A stretch of 50,431 nt of DNA, taken from NCBI GenBank assembly GCA_000934665.2, contig KZ537991.1:124001-174431 (forward strand). Direction: 5' to 3'. Below are positions 1-13,500 of this stretch, piece by piece. Position numbers and translations under genes: made by a program. The notes beneath the pieces are model-generated. The model worked only from the letters and a program-made list of their open reading frames with translations, made no database searches and was not told the origin of the DNA. The first letter of the stretch is position 1, and every line of letters begins with the position of its first letter. This DNA comes from Catajapyx aquilonaris (lineage: Eukaryota).

Positions 1-1000
1 ACATTGTGCTCATCACAGCTCGACACTATACCAACACTTCACCAGCTGGTGCTCCGTATCTATATAAAAAAAAACCTTACGCCCGGATGAGCACAGAAAA
101 CGCCAGCTGTTGTTTAAGGGTCCTCGCAAATTATTTCCCCGCGACACACACACCAGATGTCAATTTACTTTTTGGAACACACTATATGAATGTCTTTTAA
201 TGAGAATCCGGGGAGCCTGGTGGTGCTTCTGAATTTTTTTTGTGTGTTATTATTTATTATTTTTTGGAAGGAGGAAATTCCGCGTTCCAAGGCGTAGTCG
301 AGTGCCGGGCAACCAATTTAGGAGCAGACGTCAATAGGGTCCAACGGAGCTGAAAATCCAGGCAGGCTCGGAGGGTTAAATAAAATGATCATTGTGAGGA
401 TCCAGGGTTCCCTCTCTCATATTGCACGCTCGGAAACACACCCGCGATTACGAACTCCTAATGAAAACAAGGCTATTTCGGCCTGGAGAGAACGCTGCTG
501 GGGGACAGGATTGTCCTGTGTATTTTTCTCCCTCTTTGTTAATCGAAATAAATTAGACGGATTATTACCTGGGATGATATTAAATATTTTGGGATGCTGG
601 AAGTCTTTTATCATCACACAGGAGTCGGGTTTGAAATTAATTCCCGGGGCGATAATGGACACGGCCGCCATGCAAATCAACAGTTCTGGTAATTGAGACC
701 GAGACGGGGAGTTGTCAGAACCCGGACTTATTTGACGACCGGTAGCCGCCGCCTCTGGTACTCGGGGCACGAACAGCGGTAAAATTCCTCATGGGGAATT
801 CCCCCGCATGGCATCAAAAAAGTTTCAGAAACGCTTCCCAATTCACTGTTTTCCACGGATATCACACTGAATATTAACGCCAGAGGATCATAAACCACTG
901 GAATTTACACCCGGTGAACATATAGCCGTCTCTATGCTCTTTCTACTGGTGATTTCTATTCTTTCAGTACTGGTATATTTCAGTTATTACCGTATATTTA

Positions 1001-1084
1001 CAGTGAAACCTCGATTTATCGTTTTGGCGGGATCTTACGAAAACAGCGATGGAAACGGGAAACCAACAAATCGAAGTTTCACTG
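1001..1084. mobile_element. Tc1/mariner (pogo/Tigger-like) MITE, 84 bp
   Basis: Terminal inverted repeats CAGTGAAACCTCGATTT (1001-1017) and AAATCGAAGTTTCACTG (1068-1084) are 16/17 complementary. Left flank is TA (999-1000); right flank is AA, one change from a TA TSD. CAGT-starting TIRs with TA TSDs are typical of pogo-like elements. No coding capacity. Confidence 0.75.
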
Positions 1085-1105
1085 AATTCTTATTTTTTAC
1101 TCCAT

Positions 1106-1156
1106 AATGAGGAATATTATTGCTCAAGGTATTACTTATTAATAATATTCCTCATT
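1106..1156. repeat. Perfect 16-bp inverted repeat with 19-nt spacer
   Basis: AATGAGGAATATTATT (1106-1121) and AATAATATTCCTCATT (1141-1156) are exact reverse complements. Confidence 0.85.
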
Positions 1157-4100
1157 GCACAGCGCACTGGAAAAAAATATTTTTAAATGGAAAATCGACA
1201 GGAAAATGCATGTAAACAATGGTTAATTTATATTGTGTGTCGTGAAATTTTTATTGCATCATTTCCAGGAAGATCCGTGGAATTAAATCATAAAGGCGCG
1301 AAATTAATTCCCGAGCTATATCCTCGCGTTCTGTTAATTCTACCTGTTTTCTTGTTGAAACAACTTTCCCCCCTCCATCCATTCCCTACACCCCCCTCCA
1401 ACCAGCCCCTCAATTTTGGGAAAAGGGGCTTTTTCGAGCAAACAAAAGGAAATCGATCCAGCGTGGCCTTGTCCCGGGGTCTGTTCATTGTCACTGAGAA
1501 GACCACGAGAGGCTGCGGCTGCTCCCAGTTTGCTTTTCCTTTCCCCACAAAAATTACACTAAATTCTCTTCCACCAAAAACGGAAAGAATCGGGTCCTAA
1601 ACAAATATTGCTGACGAAAAAAAAGGGGCGGACTCATAACACTTCTGAAAATTACGGGTTTATTTATTTATTTTATCCAGCTCAGCGCTGAACCATATAT
1701 TTATGAAAGGCCTTGTTTACTTCCAGCCCTCAAAAGCCGAACTACGAGCAAATGTTTTGTCAGCTGTGACATTGTTTTGCACTATTTCGCTGCAATAGTT
1801 AATTAACAATTATTCGGAGCATTCAAGTGGCGTGTCAGCAGCGCTGAGTGTAATTTATTACTAAAATTGGACCGTCCCCGTTTTGTTGCATATATTTAAT
1901 TGTTGCTTTTAATACGAGAGGCAAGTAACTGGATTTCGAGTTATTTCACCAACAATGTGGAGACCATTTCATTGGATTAAACCGGCCGTTGTATACCGTG
2001 TGCTCATTGCATTAGGTTAAGTGCAGGCGGGGGGGCCTCCCGAAATAGTTGATTCAATAATATTTACGGGGCCTGATATTGTTGCCGGCTGCAGTTGCCT
2101 TGTTGGGTAGCTGACATCAAATGGCATTTTCATCAGAGGGGGGCTTTCACTCTACTAATATTGCAAGTGAAAAGCACAAGGCATTTAGGGCAAAATGCCT
2201 TTAATTTGGAGGTTGGGACAAAATGGATTATTAAGTAGCCGCAGATACAAAACGCTCTTGCTTGCCGCGATGTTTAACAGATGCTGACATGATCCGACAA
2301 ATTGATTAGAATCAACACGGGGAAGATGCTAATGCGATGTGTCACATCTCAATCGGCACTATTTGCTGTTAAGTCCGGCAGGTAATTTAGCGCACTTTTA
2401 GCCTCAGATCATAACGTGTGTGACGTCAATGACCCAATTTGAGGACCCTCGTTTTGCATACAGGAAAAAGGTGGGCGCCAAAAAATAAATGGCGTTATCG
2501 GCGCAATTAATTGCAAGTAGTCTTCACACCAGGCAATTATTGTAATTGTCCTCTCGGGAAACGACCTTGACTTGGGGTGGAAACACCACAACATGCAATA
2601 ACAGTAATGAGCGTCATTGCATCAAAATGTAGGTCAAAAGAATGCACATCAATCTTCCGCCTAAATGAGCTCATATTGAGGGAATACAAGCAAAAATTAA
2701 GAAATTAACGTTAATTGCTGGAAACGGAAAATATTATTTTATGCAGGATTTTCTTCAAAATTTGATCCCATTTGTCATTGGAATGTCTATTTAATTTCGA
2801 CCCAGATGCAGCTCTTGTAGCTGCAAGCATTTACGTGGCCTGTGCTTTTCCACTGTTTATTATCCTGTTCTGACAGTCTCCCCTTTTGATGTCACTCGGT
2901 CTTTACCAGATTAGCCAACGAACCGTTGTTCCTTGCGTGTTTGGACGGTTGCCGTGCTCTCTTGCCTCCCAAACGAAAATCCAACCCCCCTCCCCCTCAA
3001 AACCCACGCCCACACTCGCACACACGTCACGTCTCTACCTGATTGTTAAAACCTCCTACTCATCGATCCAACCAGAAGAATCAGGCTATAGGGAGAAGAA
3101 AAAAAAAAGTCACTATGCTTCCAACCTATATAGTTAAAAAAAAGCGTCCTAGTCGCCAAATAAATTTTTCCTGCAAATTTTCGGCTCCCAACTTCTTTTT
3201 TTTCTTGAGAAAAGAAAATGGGGGGCGGTCCTAGGTGGATATGGCCAAAGGAGATTGTCCGATTATGAGTTTACGTCCTCAACACGCGACTGGGTTGGAG
3301 ATAAGACTTTATCGAACTTATATCAGACTTCCCTCCCTTAAAAACTTTTTTTTCCCTCCTATCCGCCCCCCTTCTATTTTCTGATGGGAGAAAATGTGGA
3401 GGGGGTGGGGGGTAACAATCGCCATGAAATTGACCCCAAGGGTCTCTTTCTTTGATTTCTGCCCCCTAATTCTTAGTCGCCATATTTCAATTTGTAACCA
3501 CTTCCTCGTAAATCATCGCCGTGCCTCCGGTTCCAACCTCTGATTCTTATAGATTTCCTTTTCTATTCTTGTGTAAAGAGCACTTATTAGTGCCTTGTGT
3601 TAATTAAAGGATAAAAATATCTTTGGGTAACATGTACAGTGTCAACTTGATGCAAAAATACAGCGCCAACAGCTGATCCGGCAGACACACAAATATGAAT
3701 TAGGCAAATTACATAATAAGGTCATGGATTAGGTTTGTTGATTTCAATCTGGCTCCTAACCTACAATTAGGCGGGCTTTTAATGCGTGATGTGAAACCCC
3801 CTGCAGCGGAAAGATAAGCCCCATTGGATTCTGCCAGCCACGCAAACAGGCCGCACACACACACACTAAAACCATACAACTCTCTGGACAAAAAAAAATG
3901 TCGTCGTATACACACACAAAAAAATAACAAGTGTCGCAAAAGGCATTTTAACAGGAACCGGTTTCGCGAGCGTGCGTTCATCGCTCATGCTCTCCCTTAT
4001 AATGCCCATTGTGTTCCAAAATAATTTAGGACCGGGAAGAATCCGGGGTGTTGGGCTGTGAAAGGTTGGCAGGCAGGAGAGGTAGGGGACACATATTTTA

Positions 4101-5210
4101 TTTGAGGGGGGCCCCCCTTTAGTCAGAGTGTCACACGCATGGGTGCACCTCTCATCCCTCCTCCAAATCCGAAAGAGAGAGAGACCCCGACCAGACGACA
4201 GCATGGGATGGATACGATGCGAGGAGCAACAATGGTGACAAGAGAAAACTGCCGTGACATATCCGAGTGAGCATACCTGTCACTTTGGGTGAATGGGACG
4301 AAAAACAAACGTGTCATCCGCGTATTTACCGTCGTGTTTAATGACGGCCTGCCCCATATCACCATGGGAAGTCAACTATGTAATTACTACAATATTGGTT
4401 AATGGTTATGTCCTGCACTATAGGGAGTAATTGTTTATTTATAGGATCAGCGAAAGAAGAAGGCAATCACGATCATGATTCAGAGAGGAAAATTCGCACT
4501 CGGACACTTATTATTATTAGGCCGATACTTTAATAATGGAGAGGCATATTACAAGCCTGAAAATAAAATATTGGCAATATATGTCATTAATGCTTGATAT
4601 TTTTACAGTGAGCGTGAGGTCGTATTGTAATAAACGCAAGCCAATCCCGATTACGACAATAATGGCAGTTTGGTTACGGATCAGATTCCGGATAAATTTA
4701 CCTGCTTAGCTCTCCAACAAGCAGAGTGGAAGGTCTTCACAGCATGGCACACACTGCCCCCCCGTTTGCAATTACGGGGGCACAAGCTCATGCATTCATA
4801 CCTGCCATCTGCTTTTTTGGGTGCCAAACGTCCCGGGCATTTAGGCCCACTGGTGTAGAAGCGGCTTTCATCTCCAATAAAGCGGAAGAGGAAGCTGCAC
4901 AACACAGGCCTCCCTTTTCCTCCTCTCCTGGGCTAGGAGTCCCAACAAAGACTCTTCTGTCCAGAGAGTGCACTGCACATGCCCAATTTTCGAGGGGGTC
5001 TGACCGCAAGAGGGGGACACCGTCATTCATGGCTAGGCCTAGCTTCACAAGGCCCCACTCAGACGGCCACGTGATAAATATCGAGCACGCTGACTGCCTG
5101 CCATAATATGCTCTAATTCAGGGTTAAGCTGGGTGATGAATCCAAGTGCTTTTCCGGGGGAGAAAAGTGTCACATTCAACAGTGTGCTTCGGTGCCCGCC
5201 CGTTGATTAC

Positions 5211-5231
5211 AGAGAGAGAGAGAGAGAGAGA
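5211..5231 (+). repeat. (AG)n microsatellite, about 10 units
   Basis: Direct reading of the sequence. Confidence 0.95.
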
Positions 5232-5928
5232 AAGGGGATCGTTTGTGCAAGAGGATTTTTGATAAGTTCTTTTTTTTGCCAGGGTATAAACTTTGTGATT
5301 GGAGCCAAAGAAGGGGTCATCAGTAAGTCAATGGCCGGCCGCTGGTTATCCCTTATTCCAGAACGATTGCGGATTTAGTCGGGAGGAAAGGAATGATTTT
5401 TTTTTTTTTGGGGGTGGGGGGGGAAGGATATAAATGGGAATAAAATGAATGCTTTCAAGTGCGGAATTGTTATGTTATAAAGGTTTTACAAATGGTGGGC
5501 ACAAGTTCTTCGGAATTATGAATCTGGAAAATGTAATAAATTTCTAGAAAATCTTACATGATTCAACAGAACCCTTCAAATTCTTTGAAAGTCTCTGCAC
5601 AAACTTGTATCGAGTTCTACAGACTGCTATACTTTATACAGTCCTGTCAGAATATGATCTATTGTGAGTTTTATAAAAAATTCTTAACTTATTGTTGCCG
5701 TACCCCTTTGCTGAACTATCATTCTATCACCCTGTATAATTCCAATAAAACCTCTGGTAAATCCGTGAACTCGTGAAGTTTTCCACAAAAATGAACTTAC
5801 ACCCTTTTCAGTACAACCCCTGCAATAAGGCTTGGCTCATGAAACCTGAAGTACCAAGAGGTTCGAAAAGACAAGAGGGCGAGAAGAAAGTTTAAAAAAA
5901 GAAGAAAACTTCTAACGCATCTTCTCCG

Positions 5929-5933
<5 letters not shown>

Positions 5934-5965
<32 letters not shown>
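5934..5965 (+). repeat. (CT)n microsatellite, 16 units
   Basis: Direct reading of the sequence. Confidence 0.95.
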
Positions 5966-5967
<2 letters not shown>

Positions 5968-6218
5968 ACATGTGAAAGTATCCATTTCCTTTCGCTGATG
6001 GGGTCCTAACACGAGCGGTCTTTTCTCTATCTCTGATCCAGTACATTTTCGGCCCTGGAGGCCACATTACCAACAGGTCGGAAAATTGGATTGGCAGCCC
6101 TATGCAAGAACTTTCCAGATATGCTCCCGTCCCGACAAGATCATTGTGATGTATTCAGACTACTACTGTAGCTCTTCTCTGCGAGTGGATAAAAATCTTT
6201 GCATTTCTAGACCCCCAT

Positions 6219-6262
6219 CTCTCTTTCTCTCTTTCTCTCTTTCTCTCTTTCTCTCTTTCTCG
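6219..6262 (+). repeat. Imperfect (CTCTTTCT)n polypyrimidine repeat
   Basis: tctctctttctctctttctctctttctctctttctctctttctc. Confidence 0.85.
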
Positions 6263-9200
6263 CTCAACTCTACTATAGAGAAAAGATATATACGTCCTCT
6301 CTATCTCTCACCCTCATTTTCTGTGCCGATATTCATTTCCCAATGCATGCGGAAAATATAGACCTAAAGCCAGCCCCGGGAAGGAATCTCATTTGCTTCC
6401 GGAATCCAAAGTGACAAAATTCCGCGAACGAAGCTTCTAGCATGAACGCTATTTGAACCGGTCGGTCTTCTACCCGAATTGCTTCCGACTAAAATGGGCC
6501 TTCGGATCTGAATGGGCTTTTCAAGTTAGGCCTACTATAAGTCTATGCATGAACTTTCACTCCCTTGGCAACAATGGCATATTCTCGTCACAATAATAAT
6601 GAAAAAAGAGAGGGTGCGAAGGGGGGGGGGGAGCAAGCACTTCCTTCTCTGCGAAATTTCTCTCCATTTTTTTTCTTGCTTTATAACTATGTGTCCAGAA
6701 AATAATACGTCTCTTCAGTCTAATCAAGCCTCGAGGCCATTCTGCTCTTTTCCCTCCCGATGACGCCAGACTGAACCTTTCCATCCCCTTAAAATATTCT
6801 GCAAACTTCCACCCCCTCCTCCTCCTCCTGAGTCGACGTTATTCTTTGTATAGAGCAAAGGAATGGAAGATGTCTCGCTGCATCTTTTGTCCCGAGCTTC
6901 CATCCTTCCCCCGAAAATTTTCTCCGGCCCAGGGAGCTACTACTGATGGGCGAGGACAAAATTATACATTGTTTTCTCTTACGGTGAATTAGTGCCGGAT
7001 TCTACTCCCCGTGAATACCGCAATTTCTTCTTCACTCGGCGGGGCCCAGACGCGCGCTCGTCTTATCTCAACTTCAGAAAAGATAACTTCTGCCCGGAGT
7101 TACGAGCTTCGTTACGCAGTTTTCTTATTTATTCCAAACTAGAGAAAGACGAGAGGCTGCAACTTCTTAATGAAAAAGCTCCAAATCTATGTTGACATGA
7201 CAGTTTAAAAATGGATGTAAAAAATACTAACGGAGCATTCTTCATGAAAGAAAATTAAACACAGTAATCAGATAAGAGATGAAGATTTTCTGACTATACG
7301 AGAATACCTATGGGGTATCGTTCACTCCAGCAACTACAGTCATAGTCTAAAATGAAGTGAATGTGGTCTATTGCTCTAAACTACTGTAGTTTCAGATGTA
7401 CTGCACAGTACAAGAATATATGACACTGTACAGTTAAAACATGTAATTATGTGGTTGCTCATAAATTAATTGATAAAGTGCAGCTGCATTTTGTTGTGCA
7501 TGAAAGTGCGTAAGTAGAAATTTAATTAGCTCACTACAAAGTAACCGGCACTCTAATTACAAAAAAAAAGTTCAAACGAATGTAATGTTGTTTTCTAACC
7601 GAACCGGAGTCTATCAATAATTTTCTATAGGAAGCCTTAAATGCCTGGTATTCATTACCGGGTATATGAACCTACAATGTTTTACATCCCAATTAGTCTT
7701 TCATTGAAAGGTGCTCATACACAATGAGCTGTCTTTATAAGCCGGAGTTAACGTTCCGAATAATTGCAACGCTTGTAGTATAAAGCCTATTGCTGAGCAT
7801 GTTGTCCCATAAGGAATCATTAAAACGCCTTCAGTGCTCCCAAACCAGCCCCTTTCGAGCCAAGACTGCCTATGGAAATACACCAGTGACAAATAGACAA
7901 GACATTGGCCACAATAAGGTGGTGATATTATGCAAAACAGGCCCTAAATATTTCTCGTTTTGTAGCCTACCTTAATGAATCAGAAAAATTACTATAGTGT
8001 ACTTTTTACGACTCAGTTGCAGCTCGTTTAATTATGAGGAGAACCGTGCCTTCTATGATATGGAAAAATTGCTTAATTAATGGCAATGACGATAATATTA
8101 CACGAGCAAAACGAATAATAATTTTCATTGACATTGATCGCAATTATTCCTTTCCATCAAATCATTTTTGAACGCACAATATCCGGCATAATAATACATG
8201 GTTACTGTTCAATTTCTGGCCTAAGACCATTTCCTTCCCACCGTTAAAAAAAACCCTTAACCCAAAAAGCAAACTGCAACTCACTATTAACGCGCAAATA
8301 ATTCAATAGCAAACATATTTGTGAACCTCAAATTTTACTTCCAAAAACTCCCAGCATAGCCCCAAAAAAAAACTTCATAGAAAAAAAAAATCTATCCCTG
8401 CACAGTAGGACCCTACCCTTGTATATACATTTCAATGCACTCCTCACCAAGGAGAAGCACATCTGTGGAAATATCAGCAAGCTCCACGACGCCTTTGGAA
8501 AGGAGAAGTGGGCACAAAAACATGGCGAAAAAGTTTCTTTGCAGGGAAGGCGGGGGGAAGCCGCGAAGTGGACCAGAAGAAGAATGGAAGGCCTCTCCTT
8601 AGGGGATACTGCTCTGCTGGGGAAGAAAACCTCCCGAATTTTATGAGTCTGCGCCGAGGGCCGCCATTCACGTTTCTATCGCAACGTTAATGTTTATAGC
8701 GCCCTCTCTCAAACCCCTTTTTTTTGTTCCGGAAGAAAAAGGCCGCTGCTTTTGAAACAATATTGCTGATATTTTTTTGTGTGTTTCCCTTAGCCCATTT
8801 CTGGTTTTATAGCCGTGCAATATGTATCTGGACGAAAAAAAAATTGCGAATCGTGCTCCAAATTTTGCTGGCGATGTGGTTACGGTCCAAGTGCCATGTG
8901 CAGTTACAGCGGATTTTTTCCCCCCCTTCTTTTCTCAGTGTTCAATCTTGAATGGCATCTCTTCATCAACGCACCCCCTACGGAGACTCTCCTCCCCTTT
9001 CATCTTTGAACCTGTTACGCACTCTATATACTCATATTGCAATCTGGCTTCTGACTCCTTTTGCCCCACCCTTCTCATCCAAAATCCCTCCCCAACTTCA
9101 TCCTCTCTGCCATCAGATTGCGAAAAGAGAAGGGGGGACGAGCCTAGGTAATATTCACCCAGGGAATCTATCACCAGGGCCTGGAAATAGCTTCACCAGC

Positions 9201-10226
9201 ATTATACACCCAACTGCGCAGCTGTATTATGTCTAGCTCAGTCTCGATATAATTGCTTGCTAGATTATTATGTTGCACGTGACATGTATGCAGAATTAAT
9301 TATTTTATTGTTAATGCGAAAGTGTACAAATTATTGTTAGATGAATGATAATTACCGTACTGGTTTGCAGTGGAATTGACGGTCTCGTTTGGCCAGTAAC
9401 TGCAAACTTTTTGCTCTCAAGGGAATTGCATGAAAATAGGCGAACTGTACAAATGATCTGCTCTTTGTTATGGGCCTGTGGCACTGACCCAGTTGGCCAC
9501 ACATTTAATGCAGTATCTGGTGACCTACACGCTTTCCCCTATAACAAAAAGCTGGACGGAAAAAAATCCCACTATATTGTATTGTACAGTGCACTAAATT
9601 CAAAACTTGGTTGCAGGCTATGAAGGTCATTTTTCAACATTGAAAATGTATAGTGTGCTAGCATGAGCTAAATTTCCAGAAAATAGTTCTTATTAAGCCC
9701 ATTGGTTACTAACGGTTGCCCTAAACCTCCACAAGATTCGCACAACCTGGCCAAAAATAACCCCCCTAGAACGTCACCTAGTAATTAAAACACCGCCTGT
9801 GCAACCCCCCATGAAATCCCACCAAATCTCATAAAAAACCCTAGCACGCAATGCCTTCCCCCCCTTTAACATGTCTCTGTCAGACTAAGTCACCCCTCGT
9901 GTATCAGCAGCTGTACAGCACATATCGCTGGCGACCTGTCATCGTCGCCACCTCCTGCGATGCGACCCCTAGCATGCAACCGTGTCTCTATTTCCAAGGG
10001 TGGTGGTGGCTCTCTCTGTAGTATGAAAAGGCAAATGCAGATGACAGTGAAGAGCTGCCCTATGCCTCACCCCACGACTCCGGCCTGCAGCACATAAAAC
10101 ACTGAAGGAGGAGGGGAGACCCCGCTAGACAAGAAAACCATATCCGTGACTAAATGGCCCGGGAAAGATTCGATTTCGCTCCACGTGGAGGAAGAGGAAC
10201 ACACAAGACACAACCCCTTCCATTCT

Positions 10227-10551
10227 CATGTCCTTATACACAGAAATCGCTTACGTAAGTCGAATTTTACGTAACTCGACGTCAGCTACTGTATCTTACG
10301 GAATGGTCCGAAACCACAACACTTTTTTGCTCGGTCATGTCCGCCAATTAATAAACACTGCTTATGCAAAGGACCTGGATGATATGTATGGTGGTTTCGG
10401 AATAACGCACACGTTTGCTCCTTATGTTTCACTTTTTTGCGCATGTAGGAATTTACGTAAGTCAGAATCCACGTATGTAAGAATCTACGCAAGTCAGAAT
10501 CTACGCAAGTCAGAATCTACGTAAAGGAGGATCTACGTATGTCAGGGTATG
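10227..10551. mobile_element. Decayed non-autonomous TIR element with subterminal 16-bp repeats
   Basis: The left end (catgtccttatacacagaaatc..ttacgtaagtc..ttacgtaactc) aligns at roughly 60% by eye with the reverse complement of the right end. There is an internal perfect 11-bp inverted repeat TCCGAAACCAC (10307-10317)/GTGGTTTCGGA (10391-10401) and a direct repeat CACTTTTTTGC at about 10320 and 10430. No clear TSD; superfamily unknown. Confidence 0.45.
10449..10544 (+). repeat. Tandem array, 6 x 16 bp, consensus GAATCTACGTAAGTCA
   Basis: Units: gaatttacgtaagtca / gaatccacgtatgtaa / gaatctacgcaagtca / gaatctacgcaagtca / gaatctacgtaaagga / ggatctacgtatgtca. Head-to-tail with no spacers. Confidence 0.92.
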
Positions 10552-13500
10552 CCTGGATTCCCCCCATCCAAAATAATAAAATAATTGGCATTCCTAGTTA
10601 TGCTGGTCATATAACTTACCCCATGGATACATAGACCTACAATTTTTTGAACTTTGTTGTTTAAAAACGGTGCGGGTTTGAGAAGGGGAAAAATGGAAGT
10701 TAATTAGGATTCCTGTGGCCATGAGGATTTTTTTTGTTAATCTTCTAAAGAGAATTGAAAAAAGGGGGTGGGTGGAAAAAAAAGAGGAGGATGGGAAATA
10801 AGCTAATGGATATTGTGGAGGATTCTTCTCTGAGAGTTAGGGAAAGATGAGGGAGAGGGAATGGGGGAAAAGTAGCGCAAAAATAGGCTAAAAATATTCA
10901 AGCTTTCTGGGCGTCGACAGAAGAACAGGAATTTCATTTTTTCATTATCCACACTTTTTTTTTGCAAAAAAGTGTTGCAACAGTTGCTCAACTTTTCTGA
11001 CGTGAAATCAAGAGGCGCCTGGAAAGTATGAAAAGCTGCGGGACGGAAAATGCATAAATTTAACCAAAATAGATACCGGGAATATTAAAAATGTATGCAA
11101 AAGAAAAGGACCGGTGCTAAATCTGAATTATTTTTGCATTTTCAGGAATTAAAACTTTCAAGTGTTAAGACACTTTGTGCAGGTACCTCTGTCAGTCATC
11201 GCTATATTTAAGTGCAATGTTATGCGCAGAAGAATTATTCGCAATTTTATAAACCTCGTGCCAAACTCATACTCGTACATTGTGGCATCGTATGCGTTTT
11301 AACTCACAAAGTAAAATTATATTATTCTAATAATTACGTACCATATTACTGTTTATTCAGAGTCATAAAATTAATATGACAGTAAAATTTAATAAATTCA
11401 TGTCGGCTTTTTCGGTAAGTTACATGCTAACTGCAGTTATTTTATTTCATTTGATAGGAAAACCATATTATAGTTCAGGAAATTCTAAATTTACATTTGT
11501 CATGAAAGATTTTCTGACATGATGAGCATTGAAACTCATTTTATTTCTCAGTAAATTTTTTGAATTTATCTGCCATAGTTTCAATATGAGTTCTGTCCAT
11601 GTTATTCCACTGCCCCTTTAAAAACCTTCTTTCTCACTCCATGCCTTAGTTGCCTCTGCTCCCACAATAAATCAAGCCTTTGAATTTTCATGAATGTCAT
11701 TATCAAACAGGGATTTTCTTTTCAGCAACACCAGCAGGCAGCACAGCACACCCAAGGAACCCAAGTCCCAGGCTTATAGAAAAACGGGCACAGTGTCCAT
11801 ACATCATCCACACTCACTATTTTTTTGAGGCACAAAAACGCAATCGTAAATTTGGCGAGCCTTCGGAAGGGCGAAAGGCCACGGCCATATTCCTTAGCTA
11901 ACGGCCCAGGAGTAGCCTAACTTTTCCCCATTTTAACCGGAGATCTATCGGATAAGGACAGTGCCCTTCAAGGTAATCCCCCAGCAGCTGTGTCGAAGTA
12001 ATTTGGCACCCTGCAAATCCACATTACTCCAAGGCCTAAAGATGTGTTGAGACTGAATTCCATTGATCAAAAAGAGCGGAAAAAAGCAAGGCCAGGTGCA
12101 GCAGCGTGCCGATGCCTGAGAATAAAAAGAGTTGCAAGGATGACCGCGTTGCCTGTATGGAGGAAGGGCCTGAAAATCATGGCCCGAGGGGGATCTGATC
12201 TTGTCCTTTTCTCCCGGATTATCTTCCCCGGAGAAGGGAGGATGTATCGTCGGCTCGTTTTGTATTCACCGGCTCCTCCGGGGAGGGCTCCTGTCAAAAT
12301 AGACGCGAAACCAACGCCGCTGCTGAAAGAAACGTCGGATCGGCTCCTCTCCCAAGGCCTCAACTCTAGGGAATTTTTTTTCTACTCTCCAGTTTCGTGT
12401 ATGCGTGTGTAGCTTGTAACAACACTGAAGCTATGAGGTCAAATTCCTTTCATGTCCAAAAAAATCTGCGAAAATTTCAATGATTGCAACTGAAAATTCT
12501 GCATTGCCACTGCATGGCTGACAAAAATCACTCTAGAAAAGTACTTACAATAGCATTTGAAAGCCTGTCGCATCACTGCATCTGTACGTACTCCCTCTAC
12601 ATTTATATTCGCCTTTTAATTTTGTGCTAAAATTGTACTATTGCGCTCCCTTTTATGGTTAGTTCATGCGCGAACCCTATTCACTATACAAAAATGTTGC
12701 AGTTCCGGCTGTGTAATAGAAACGAATTAAAATTTCATACCTGGGTGGGTATAAGTACGAGCGCTCATTGCAAAGACAATACGCACGTTTCGCACACACA
12801 TACATACAAAAAAAAAAGATGAGTTCCCGTTGGAAACGTTAATGTGTCAGTCAAAAAAAAACGTGCCTGCAAAAGCACTCATCTCAAGCGCTTTTCATTA
12901 ATTCGAAGAGTAAATTTCCACCATGTTGGCGCGTAACAAGCTTCGCGTGATAAATAACATGCTGCTGACAGAATAAACTGATAAAACAATGCGGCAACAT
13001 ACCCCCCAAAACTAGTGAAGTTTAAAACTAACTATCGAACCTAATTTTTTTTTCGGTGTTCAAGTGTGTTCAGCCAGTCCCGATATTTTCAGTAAATTTA
13101 TACTCTCTACCATATGCCCGCGCTTTTAATTTTTCGGCAGCACCAAAACTGTAATGAGGTGAAAGAAACCATTTTTTTTCCTCCCGTCGTTATTCATTTT
13201 CAAAAGCGATAAAGCGAGTGCAAAGCAGAGTGAAATTTCGCGTTAAAGCAACGCCGCAGAGGTTCGATACAGCTCTTTATGATCAACGGGAGGGCAAATT
13301 CCATTCCTATGTTCCTTCCATTTTGCTTCTTCTTTCTATCAAGATGAGAAGGAGGGGGGGGGGAAATCTGCAAAGTAAGGAATTACTACAAGTTTAACAG
13401 CGGCGGGCCGAGCTAATTTGAAAAGTTTGAACTTTTTCTTTTGCTTGATCTCAAAAGTAGGCCAAGTGACCTGCCCTAATATTAAAGGAAACGCCTTGCA

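Noticed and set aside
10449..10544. Possible CRISPR-like array
   Set aside because: The 16-bp units are head-to-tail with no unique spacers, there are no cas genes, and the context is eukaryotic.
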